The notes under the pieces are model-generated. The model was not told where the DNA came from and made no database searches. It saw only the letters and a list, made by a program, of their open reading frames with translations. A stretch of 64,000 nucleotides of DNA. Source: the human T2T-CHM13v2.0 reference genome, Homo sapiens. This document shows positions 24,081-37,059 of this stretch, piece by piece. A program made the translations under genes and the position numbers. Each line of letters starts with the position of its first letter. Position 1 is the stretch's first letter. The stretch is taken from NCBI RefSeq assembly GCF_009914755.1, contig NC_060942.1; one strand, written 5' to 3'.

Positions 24081-25134
24081 CAGTGCAAACTTGTAAATTC
24101 ATCACCCTTGTCAGTAAAAAACTGTCAGCATTCACAGCCATTTTATAAATACTACACATTACCACAGCAATATAGTGCAAAAATCAGAAACCACATAAAA
24201 TACATATTTAAAGGAATGAGATAAAAATAAATATAAACATCTCTCATATTTTCTCAAATCCCCAGCACCATCTGAAATGCTGCCCTTGAGGAGCTCCCAG
24301 TTTACACTATTGGTGCTCACTTTGATCTGTGTGCAGTCTGGTATGGACATGGTGAAGCAAACAAAGATTAGTATTTTGTCAAATAGTAAATTTTTCATAA
24401 GTCTAGCTTGATGATGATGGTAATAGTCATAATTTTAAAAATCTTCTATTTGGTTAATGGTTGATAGTTCGCAAGATACTTTCGCACATGATAGTTTATC
24501 TGATCCTAATTGCCTTATACGGTGAATGGAGCAGGAGCCTTATTGTCCCCACTCTGCAGTGAAAGCAATTGAGACTCAGGGAGCCTAAGTCCCTTGCCAG
24601 GTCACACAGCCAGTAATAATGGATCTGATATTAATAGTAAAATCTTCCTACTGTGAGTGTTGGGCTGTGGGCTGGAATCAGGGAATAGACTCAGGGAAGC
24701 CCCAGGACGAGAGAAGCTAGATAAAAAAGTTCATGAGGCAAGCACAGAATGGAGCAGATTCTGAAAGCTAAGGGTCACAGTGGACCTGAGTTCAGGAAAT
24801 GGATCAGAAGTCCAGGGGATCAGACACCAGGAATCAGGATTAGGTTCTTAGGCAGGAGAACAAACAACACAGAATGAGAAACTAAGTACAGGATCTCAGC
24901 ACAAGGTGGGGATCACAGGAAAGGGAAAGGAGAGCTCAACTCTACCAAAGATTCCTGGGAGGGGGACGGAAGTCTTCCAGACACTTCTTGCAAACAGCAA
25001 GGATGACATAAATATCCGAAATTCAATGACAAAACCATGCTTAGCACTTCAATTCTAATTTGCCAGCAAGCACAGACAAAATCAGTACTGGAATCATTCG
25101 CTGAGGAATATACACAGTCTTGCTTTCTGAAGTT

Positions 25135-25920
<786 letters not shown>

Positions 25921-26944
25921 CTGTTCAGTTTAGTTGAATTCTGTTTTTTGGACCAGTCTGAAAATCATTCTATTATAATGACTATTAAATTCATTTACTG
26001 ACATTGATATAATATTCAAATGAACTCAAAATTGGCTAAAAAAAAATCAGGGCTTAAGGTATCTACAGATGCCTAGACTCAGTGTGGATTAGGTAGGGCA
26101 GGGCTGGGGTGGGGAGAGAGCAGAGGGGTGTAGCAGAGGGCTAGGTCCCATTGAGTTAGAACTGGGAAGTGACTAAGCCATATCACAATGGTCTAAAACA
26201 GTATGAAAAACAGACTGTGGCCCTCTAATCTTTCTGGCATTTTGTGATTGCGGGAGGCAGGGACTGGGTCAAGACTGGACCTTGGGCAAGAATCAAAGCA
26301 GGTACTCACTCTCCAAATGGACACAGGGGCTGAGAGCAGGAACCAAGCCTAGAAGTCATTCAAGTGCAGGTGAATTGAATAAGGAGCAGGGAGGAGCCAG
26401 GATGGGTGACGGTGGTACTGACAACCACTTTGGCCCAGGGGAGAGTGGACTTGAGAATCAGCAAAAACAGCAGCCAGTGGGAGGGATATATTTAGAGCCC
26501 AGGCCATTCTATGCAGCATCCCTAGTCTGGAAAGAACTCAGACTCTGAATGCAAAGGAACTATTGTAGGTCTCTCATGAGGTTAATGTCCATTCAGGCAC
26601 AAATTCAGGCAGAATTTGCTGAAACATGCCAGAAAAATAAGACCAAGGGATTCAATATCTATCTTATGTTTTCAATGACACTGAAATATTCTGTGGCTAT
26701 TGCAATATCTTAAGTCATAGTTTTTAGAGGTATATTTTACAGTTCATGCCTTCAAGAACAAAGTGTTACAGCTTGAGTTTGATTCTAGGCTCTACTAATA
26801 CTAGCTGCTTTACATTGCAGAGTGTAGTTAATCTTTCTGAGACCTTTTTCTCATCTATAAAAATGGGCAAAATTAACATCCTCCTAGAAAGACATCTGAG
26901 AGAATAATATGAATTAGGTCCAGAATGGGAACTCTCCAAATAGT

Positions 26945-27835
<891 letters not shown>

Positions 27836-27912
27836 CAAATATCCTTTTTCCTCATATATTATACTTTCAAGCTGATGTCTCTGAAATGTTTAAAGACTGC
27901 CAAATGTCATGA

Positions 27913-28310
<398 letters not shown>

Positions 28311-29629
28311 CACATTTCTTATCACACTCAGGTTCCTAGAGAGGAACAAGTGCACCAGTTTTCTAATCTGACTTCTTCCTTTCCCACTTACGCCCTCTGA
28401 AAAAACCAAAAAGAATTAAATAGGCTTGCTTCTCTGGTTTGGTGGTAGATTCTTCTACTTTTTATTCCTACCCAACTCCTACGAACCAATTTCTATCCTG
28501 AATAGGTCAGTTTCTATCCATCGCAAAGCTCATCTGTAAATATCACCTTGAATTTTATAGCCTGCAGAAGCTTCCAGTTTGTGGTTTTTTAGCCCCAGAT
28601 CATGATGTCCTTGGTCCTACAGAAGACAGAGCAAATCTGAGGTTTGTCATACACAAAATGGAGCATTATAAAACCCTTTGGTACTGGTCTGTGTTCATGA
28701 TAATTTTTTTTCTTGATTATCCCTGTGTTCTCTTCCAAAAGTTGCCGTTACAGACACCAGAACACTCCTGTAATTTTGTTAATCTGCAATGGTTTCATAT
28801 ATGAGCAAGTTGTTTCCTCAATGAAATTATAAACTCCCTGAAGGTAAGAACTAAGCATCTCTTGAAGAGTAAACCACACAAGGTGAATTGAATCCACAGT
28901 TGTGTTTCCTGCAGTGCTGTGAACACAGAATTGGTTTCATTACCATCTCTGTAATTGTCTATGTGCAAAGGGGGTTTTTAATGTGGCTTCTCGGGGTTGG
29001 TTTGAAGGAACAACAGAATAGAGGTGCTTGACCAACAGTTTAAGTTGCCTTCGTCTGGAGTACTGTGGAAGGCCCATCAATAATCTGCAGCACGCAGCAT
29101 TCCCCAGGCCTCCTTCGCTGTTTCTGTCCTTGAAGGTACCTGCTGTTCCCATTTCCAAGCCTGCAGGACCAACTCTACACAGCAAGTTCTCACAATTCAA
29201 TTACAATCAAATCAAGCAGGCTCAGGAAAATCTCAAGAGTCACTTAGAGCAGCAGGAACCCAGGAACACATGGCTGGTTAACCACCTATTCAGGCACTGT
29301 CTCCTGCCTGGGCCAATCCCCTTTTCCATGTCACACACTACACATAGCAAGGGGACAACTATCCTGGGAGTCTAGGGGAGAGTAAAAGTGTTCACGATCC
29401 CAGTGATAATTCTCCAGGTATGGAATTTGTATATTTTAAATCTGGCCTATGAGAGATGTGGGGTGGGGGAATTAGGGGCCCTCATTAGCTTTCCTCATCT
29501 TTCAAATCCTATCACACCCCTTTCCTTAAAAAAAAGGGGTTCCTTCTTTCAAAACCCACTTTTTTCTATTAACCAATCTTTATGCATTTAAATAAATCTT
29601 TCCGAACGCTAGTGAAAGGCATCGAGTAT

Positions 29630-30927
29630 TTTTCTAAAAACAGCTTTATTCAGATATAATCCAAATACTATGCAATTTACCCATTAAAAGTTTACATTTC
29701 AATGGTTTTAGTATAATCACAGACTTGTGTATTTACTGCCCTGATCATCTTTTTCCTTTAATTAATTTTTTTTATAGAGATGGGGTCTCGCTATGTTGCC
29801 TAGGCTGATCTTGATCTCCTTGGCTCGAGCAATCCTCCTGCCTCAGCCTTCAAAAGTGCTGGGATTACAGGCCTGAGCCATGCACCTGGCCTCCCAGTCA
29901 TTTTTTAGAACTCTTTCACTACCTCCAAAAGAAACTGCACCATTTAGATACCACTCCCCAAGCCCCTCCCCATAGGCAACCACTAATCTTTCTATCTCTG
30001 TATATTTGCCTATTCTGGATATTTCATATCAATAGAATCATATTATATGTGGTTTTCTGTGACTGACTTCTTTCACTTAGCATGTTTTTAAGGTTCATTC
30101 ACATTGTAGCATGTATTGGTACCATTTCTTACTATGGCCAAACAATATTCCATTGTATGAACATAGCATGTTTTGTTTATTCATACATCAGCTGATAGAC
30201 ATTTAGGTTGTTTCCACATAATGACTGTTATGGATTTTGCAGCTATGAACATTCATATACAAGTTCTTGGTGCACACATTTTCATTTCTCTTAAGTATAC
30301 AACTAGGGGTGGAATTGCTGGGTCATATGGTATGTTTTACTGACTGAAGAAACTGCCAGACTGTTTTCCAAAATGGTTGCACCATTTTACATTCCTGCCA
30401 GCAAGTTATGAAAGTTGTAATTTCTTCACATCCTTTCCAATACTTGTAATCTGTCTTCTGGATTACGGTCAAGCTAGTAGGTGGGAAGTGGTATCTTACT
30501 GTCGTTTTGATTTGCATTTCCCTGATGGCTAATGATGTTCGGCATCTTTTCATGTGTTTATTGGCCATTATATATCTTCTTTGGAGAACTATCTAACCAA
30601 ATACTTTGCCTATTTTTTTCATTGTGTTATTTGTTCTTATTATTCAGTTGTAATAGTTTTACAAAATTCTGTATACATGTCCTTTATCAGATATATGATT
30701 GCAAATATTTTCTCCCATTCTCTGGGTTGTCTTCACTTTCTTGATGGTGTTCTTTGAAGTGCAAATTTTAAATTTCGATGATTCCATTTATATATGCCTG
30801 CTGAGGTGGGAGGATTGCTTGAGTCTGGGAGGTTGAGGCTGCAATGAGGTGTGACTTCACCCTGCACTCCAGCCCCAGGCAAGAGCAAGACCCTGTATCA
30901 AAAAAGAAAAAGAAAGAAAGAAAAGAG

Positions 30928-30974
<47 letters not shown>

Positions 30975-31465
30975 AGGAAGGAAAGGAAGGAAGGAAGGAA
31001 GGAGGAGAAAGAAAGAAACAAAGAAAGAAAGAAAGAAGGGAGGGAGGGAGAGAAGGAAGGAACGAAGGAAAGAAGGAAGGAAGGAAGGAAGAAAGGAAGG
31101 GAGGGAGGGAGGGAGAGAAAAATCAAATCAATTGACCATAATATGAGGGTTCATTTCTGGACTTTCAATTCTATTCTATTGATTTATATGTCTATCCTTA
31201 TGCCAGTACTGAGTATCTGTATGTCTTGATTACTGTGGCTTTATAGAATTTTGAAACTGGGAAATGTGAGTCCTCCAACTTTGTTCTTTTTCAATATTAT
31301 TTTGGCTATTTTGGGTCCCTTAAATTTTCATGTAAATTTGAGGATCGGCTTGTCTAATTTTGCAAAAAAAGTCAGCTTGGAGACAGGAGTTGCGTTGAAT
31401 GCGTAGAACAATTTCAGGAGTATTGCCACCTTAATAATATTAAGTCTGACTTAGTAACATGGGAC
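29630..31465 (-). mobile_element. Old L1M (L1MB-like) 3' end and ORF2 remnant with FLAM/Alu fragments
   Basis: ORF 30323-30568 ([16 protein letters not shown]...) is L1 ORF2 C-terminal sequence. Confidence 0.8.
30901..31120 (+). repeat. (GAAA)n/(GGAA)n polypurine tract grown from an Alu tail
   Basis: Directly follows an Alu right-arm fragment at about 30795-30900. Confidence 0.9.
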
Positions 31466-31627
31466 GTCACCCTTTCCTCTTAAAGTGAGCCCTCACTGCC
31501 AGTCCAGTAGGGCTGGGCTGGTTGGGCCTGGGAGTGGGGGCACCTGGACAAGTCTCTAGGGTCTTGGGCCCAGGTCACTAACTCCCTTCCTCCCCAAGCC
31601 TCCTTCTCCACACCCACCCCCAACGCT

Positions 31628-32053
31628 CCACGACCCCCAAGAGGGAGTACCAGACCCTTCACCTTGCCACACCCTGCAAAGCCAAAATCCTGACATAGTC
31701 AGGATCCCACAATCGCAGGGACTGCAGAGGCTTTAGGGATACTGCATTCTGGTTGTCACGGGCTATCCTCGTATTAGGGCGGGTGGCTAGGGGTGCGTTT
31801 GCGCCCGGCCGGAAGTGAGGAGAGTCACCATGGGAACCGTGGACGCTGAAACTAGCCACTTCCTCTTGGCACTGAGAAGCTGAATCTGCGCGATCCTCAC
31901 ATCAACCTCGGTCTCTGTGGCTGGATATTTATCGGGTTCTGCCTGAAAGGCCGTCTAACGCCTTTCCTCTTGGAAAAGTCGCAGGTCTTAATAATACAGC
32001 TTCAGTTTATACGTTTCTTTGTGCCTTATAATAGTCATAAAGGTCTGGTTAGC
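31628..32053 (-). pseudogene. Diverged copy of CFAP53 exon 1, promoter and upstream flank
   Basis: 31809-31900 CCGGAAGTGAGGAGAGTCACCATGGGAACCGTGGACGC...ACTTCCTCTTGGCACTGAGAAGCTGAATCTGCGCGATCCTCAC aligns to 292-383; similarity continues to about 547/32053. Confidence 0.75.
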
Positions 32054-32940
32054 TCTCCACTCCGTCGAGGAGCGCTCCAGGAGCTCACAGTTGGGCCTTT
32101 CGTAGCACTTAGGGAAAGATCCTTGCTATTTTGCTATTTATTGTACTGGCTTAAAATGGGGGTGGGCAGGCAGGAGCGCCCTTTTCGGAGCGGGCGGGAA
32201 AGGGCGGCGACCACGGTTGGCCCCCCGCAGACCCCGCAACTCCTGCTGTGCCCCTCAGCTGCCATTAGAGTCCCCATGGGGTCCCTCCTGCCTGTGTCTC
32301 CACAAGAGGGACCCCATGGGAACTCTACTGAGAGCCCTGCATCCTACCAAGGAGCCCCCAGAAGTCGGGCCCTGCGTGGGGTCGGTTGGCCTGGTGGAGT
32401 GTGTCCAACCTCTGACCCGCTTTTGGGAGGATCAGAACCCCGCGTCCGGGCGGCCGGCGCGCACCTGGAGCACTAAGGGCCTGGTCGCGGCGCGGGCTGT
32501 CCCCGAGTCCGCACCATTCCGGGAAGCCCCACAGCCCTGGGTGGCCCTCGGCGGAGCCCCGCGGCCCTTCACCGTCACAGGGAAAGCTGGATCGGCGGCA
32601 GGAAAAGCCCGCGGCCAAGCCGCTCCTGCCCTGGAGGGACTAGACCCTTTGTCTCCACGTCGGGCGTTGGGTGGGGGGGCGGGTGGCGACAGATCGCATG
32701 GCTAGGTCCTACAAGCCCACACCTGGGGACAGGCGGGACGAGGAGCACAGCCCGGGGAAGCCACAGGTTGAAAGCAGTGAGAATGTCAGGGGCCTCATGA
32801 AACTTGACACAACCTGGAGCACAAGGCTAAGAAACCTGCCACTTGAGCCAACTGGAGGCTGTGGCGCAGCTGAGAGCCAGAGTCACGGGGCTCTTGGGGC
32901 AGGCGACCTAAGCCCCTTTCCTCGATTATCTGACTGAGTC
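31650..32940. promoter_or_regulatory. Orphan CpG island with ETS and X-box motifs
   Basis: CpG dense; CCGGAAGTG at 31809; GTCACCATGGGAAC at 31824-31837. Confidence 0.7.
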
Positions 32941-33927
32941 TGTAACATCCCAATGGGTATGCTGCACAAATAAAGACCAGGGCATTGCAGTAAAGAAACA
33001 ATTTAGGCCAGTGGGGTGGCTCATGTCTGTAATCCCAGCACTTAGGGAGCAGAATTGGGAGAATCCCTTGAGCCCAGGAGTTCCAGACCAGCCTGGGCAA
33101 CATGGTGAAACCCATCTCTACAAAAATATAAAAATTACCTGGGTGTGGTAGTGCGGCCTATAGTCCCAGCTCCCGGAGGACTGAGGCAGGAGGACTGCTC
33201 CAGCCCAGGAGATTCAGGCTGCCATGAGCAGTGATTGCACCACTGCACTCCAGCCTGGGCCACAGAGCCAGACCCTGTCTCAAAAAAACAAAGAAAAAAG
33301 GAAAAAAAAAATAAAAAGTCTGACATGAGGCCAGTCACACCACATGGGAGATGCCATTTTATTACTCAAAATCAATCTCCCCAGAAATTCAGGGATGGGG
33401 TTTTTAAGGATAAATTGGTGGGTAGAGGGTCAGAAAGTGGGAGGTGCTGATTGGTCAGGTGGAAGATGAAATCACAGGGAGTTGAAGCTGTTCTTTTGTG
33501 CTGAGTTCATTGGGAGGGTGGTGGCGGAGTGGGGGGCGGGTTACAAGACCAGAAGAGCCAGTTTATCGATCTGGATGGTGTCAACTGGTACATCGGAATG
33601 TAGGGTCTGCAAAAATATCTCAAGCAGTGATCTCAGGTTTTGCAACAGTGACTCCTAAACCGTAATTTCTAATCTTGTTGCTAATTTGTTAGACCTGCAA
33701 AGGCAGTCTAGTCCCCAGGCAAGAAGGGGGCTTGTTTTGGGAAAGAGCTGTTTTGGCATTTGTTTCAAACCTAAACTATAATCTAAATTCCTCCCAAAGT
33801 TAGTTCCACATACACCCAGGAATGAACAAGGACAGCTTGGAGGTTAGAAGCAGGATGAAGTCAGTTAGGTCATATCTCTTTGACTGTCATAATTTTCTCA
33901 GTTACGATTCTTGCAAAGGTGGTTTCA
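32941..33927 (-). mobile_element. LTR8-like solo LTR interrupted by AluJ (33005-33315)
   Basis: Reverse complement starts TGAAACCACCTTTGCAAG...CTTCTAACCTCCAAGCTGTCCTTGTTCATTCCTGGG. Confidence 0.75.
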
Positions 33928-35539
33928 AGTCAGCCCCTATCCCTTCTACTCTCTGTGGCCCTTGAGTGCTGAGATAGAAGGAAGATAGCAGGTTTGCAGG
34001 TTCACAAGGGGGGAGACCTTCTGCTGGAGGCTGAAGCATGTTTATTGCTATTCTTTCCCAGACACCACTTTTCACACCACAGCTGAATAAAATTTATTGT
34101 CACTTTGTGTCAAATTGTCACCCACACCGTGATATTACTTTGTCCCCCTGCTGTGTCCCCTGACTGACCCTTTCTTTAGGTTTAGGAAGATAAAACAAAT
34201 GTTTCCAACTTCAGAACGCTTATTCTAGGCTTCCAAGTTATGTCTTAGCTTTGCTTTATTTTTTTTAATTTTTAAAACTATTTTTTTAAAAAAAAACTAT
34301 AATTGTTCCAATTTCTATTGGTCTCAAGCATACCAGGAAATTGTGTGAAAACAAAGAGACAAAAAATAATTTTTGTGTAATTCTTTTGAAATAGTTTGCA
34401 GTAGTTTTTAGTGTTTTACTTTGATATCAGCAGTGTTTTTGTTTGGATTAAAAAAATGACCATAAAACCTTTGTTCTTAAACATGTTATTAGATGTAATT
34501 CAATATGAATTTATAACATATGTATTTATTTTTGCTTATTTATATAAAAGGGTTTGTTTTTTGAGAAGTAATTTGTAACACTACAAAGAACAACATATGT
34601 CAAGGCTTCTGTTTTCATTTGGATAAATATTTTCCTTTAACAAAAATGAGAGAAGAGGGAAGGCAATGATTTTTTTCAATCACTATAGTATTTTAAGATT
34701 ACTTACAACTCTTCCTTAATAAGGTAACTCAGCACTGCACAAACCCCTGCCTTAGCCTATCAGGAAGAATCTTTGGGCCAGATCTTGGTTTTTTGGGTGT
34801 CCAGATCTCCTTTTTGGAACATACTATGTTATTTATAGGAGTGAGCAACGCAAGGACCATGGTAAACCTTTCATGGATTGTGTAAAATAACACAAATAAA
34901 AGTTGCCGCCAGGAAGTGCTTTACTTAGTTGCCAAGTAAGACAGCCACTGGCATGTATAGGACTGAAAAGTACAGCAGATCTAGTCACTGACCACCTACT
35001 GAGCACCAGCAAGTACTTTGCTAATCGGCTTTAGGTGTGTCCCTTAGTCTGACAGTAGGGACAACGTAGATGGCTCTTGGTGGGAGGACAGTTGGACTTG
35101 ATCTTTTCCTCTTGTCTTGGAGGAAAAATAGGTCCCTATCATCTGTTTTCCTGAACTTCATAAATTGAATTTTTAAAACATTCATTTGTCTTTCCTGTGT
35201 CTATATCTCTTAGATCCGCTCTCCCATAATTACTTCTGGAAATGTCAGCTTCCTTATTTACACTGTGACGGCTCTACCAGCCTTTCTATCGCTGTATCTG
35301 TGCCCAGGAGACTATCTTTTGGTCCCACAGATACCTCAGGTTCTCCCTTGTTGACATCTTTCCCAGATGTGGACAAAACCTTCCCAACTTGGCCCCAACT
35401 CACACTTGATTTTCTGAGCTTTTTGCCAACCCTCCCTACGCATCAGTGTATGAGCTGTGCTTACATTGAAAGTCAAAAATCCCTCTTGTGTGTCTAACAC
35501 TGCTGCCTTGTATCGAGAAAGATGAAACCACTATCTCAT

Positions 35540-37050
35540 TGTATTCCTCTCTAATTTGGTCTTGAGGTCTGTCTTTGGAGAATGGCCATAAACCATAATA
35601 CTGCCTTAGTGGGGGTCCAGGGAATTTTTTTTTTTTAGAGGCAGGGTCTCCCTATGTTGCCCAGGCTGGTCTTGAGCTCCTGGGCTCAAGCAGTCCTCCC
35701 ACCTCGGCCTCCCAAAGTGCTGAGATTACAGACCTGAGGCACTGCACCTGTCGTCTCTGGGGAATTTGGTCATGTACGTTTACAGTGTGCCTTTCACATG
35801 CTACTTTTTTATCCAGGTGGATGATCCAATGCCTAAGTGTCTAGCCACTTCCTCTTGGCACTGAGAAGCTGAATCTGCGCGATCCTCAGATCAACCTCGG
35901 TCTCTCTGGCTGGATATTTATTGGGTTCTGCCTGAAAGGCCGTCTAACGCCTTTCCTCTTGGAAAAGTCGCAGGTCTTAATACAGCTTCAGTTTATACGT
36001 TTCTTTGTGCCTTATAATAGTCATAAAGGTCTGGTTAGATCTCCACTCCCTCCAGGAGCGCTCCAGGAGCTCACGGTTGGGCCTTTCATAGCACGTAGGG
36101 AAAGATCCTTGCTATTTTGCTATTTATTGTACTGGCTTAAAATGGGGGTGGGCAGGCAGGAGCGCCCTTTTCGGAGCGGGCGGGAAAGGGCGGCGACCAC
36201 GGTTGGCCCCCCGCAGACCCCGCAGCTCCTGCTGTGCCCCTCAGCTGCCATTAGAGTCCCCATGGGGTCCCTCCTGCCTGTGTCTCCACAAGAGGGACCC
36301 CATGGGGACTCTAATGAGAGCCCTGCATCCTACCAAGGAGCCCCCAGAAGTCGGGCCCTGCGTGTCCAAGTGTCCATCTCACAGGAAACTTATGTTGGCA
36401 GATGCTCTTGTGGCTCTTGTCTGACCTGTGTCCAGTTTATTTCTACCAAGATAGCCAATCTAGGAGAGCTCTGACCAAGAGAAAAGTCAGGTTCAAGTGT
36501 GCCAGTAGAATGGACAGAGGCAACAAAACCCATGAAATAGCAGAAGCATTTTCTTACAGCACCAAAGATGAGAAGAGTAAAAATGAGGGCCAGTAGGAAG
36601 GTTGCAGGTACAATATGCTCAACCAGGGGCCAGACAGAAAGATGAACCCATGGGCCAAGGCCTTTGTTTGGGGTCCAGGGTGTTCTTACCCAAGCAGGTC
36701 TCCTTCAGAGAGTTCTAAGTGGTGGGTTTAGAGCAAGCAGGCATGCATCCCATGGGGTCATGCTGTGACTGAGAAGTCACTGTGGCATATCTGTGTAGTC
36801 TGTGTGGCATGTGGGGTCAGTGGGGCCAGTTGGGCCAGTTTAGTGGGTTGTATCTAGCTGCCTTGTGGAGAGGTGGTAACCAAGAGCCAGTTGTATAAGG
36901 TAGATATGTGGATTAAGAACATTGAGAAACTAGGAATAGGCAGAAAGCTGGAAACTGTGTCCAGGGTGACTAAGCCAGCTTCTGGAATGAGAAAGTTAAA
37001 CCTACTTTCAAAACAGATGCAGAAGTGACATGATAGGAATTCATTACATC
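35540..37050. mobile_element. MER31/MER67-like LTR sequence containing a FLAM/Alu fragment and a 524-bp insertion
   Basis: GGAATTTGGTCATG...AATGCCTAAGTGTC | insert | CAAGTGTCCATCTCACAGGAAACT...GTGTCCAGTTTATTTCTACCAAGATAGCC. Confidence 0.6.
35841..36364 (+). repeat. Recent direct duplicate of 31852-32378
   Basis: About 525 bp with roughly a dozen substitutions and one 3-bp indel, counted by eye. Confidence 0.95.
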
Positions 37051-37059
37051 CATGGTCAG

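Noticed and set aside
30844-31146. K/E/R-rich ORFs
   Set aside because: Translation of a (GAAA)/(GGAA) microsatellite.
31970-36474. Twin ORFs of 168 and 171 aa (31970-32476 and 35959-36474)
   Set aside because: Both start at TTG, resemble no known family, and their similarity just reflects the recent DNA duplication.
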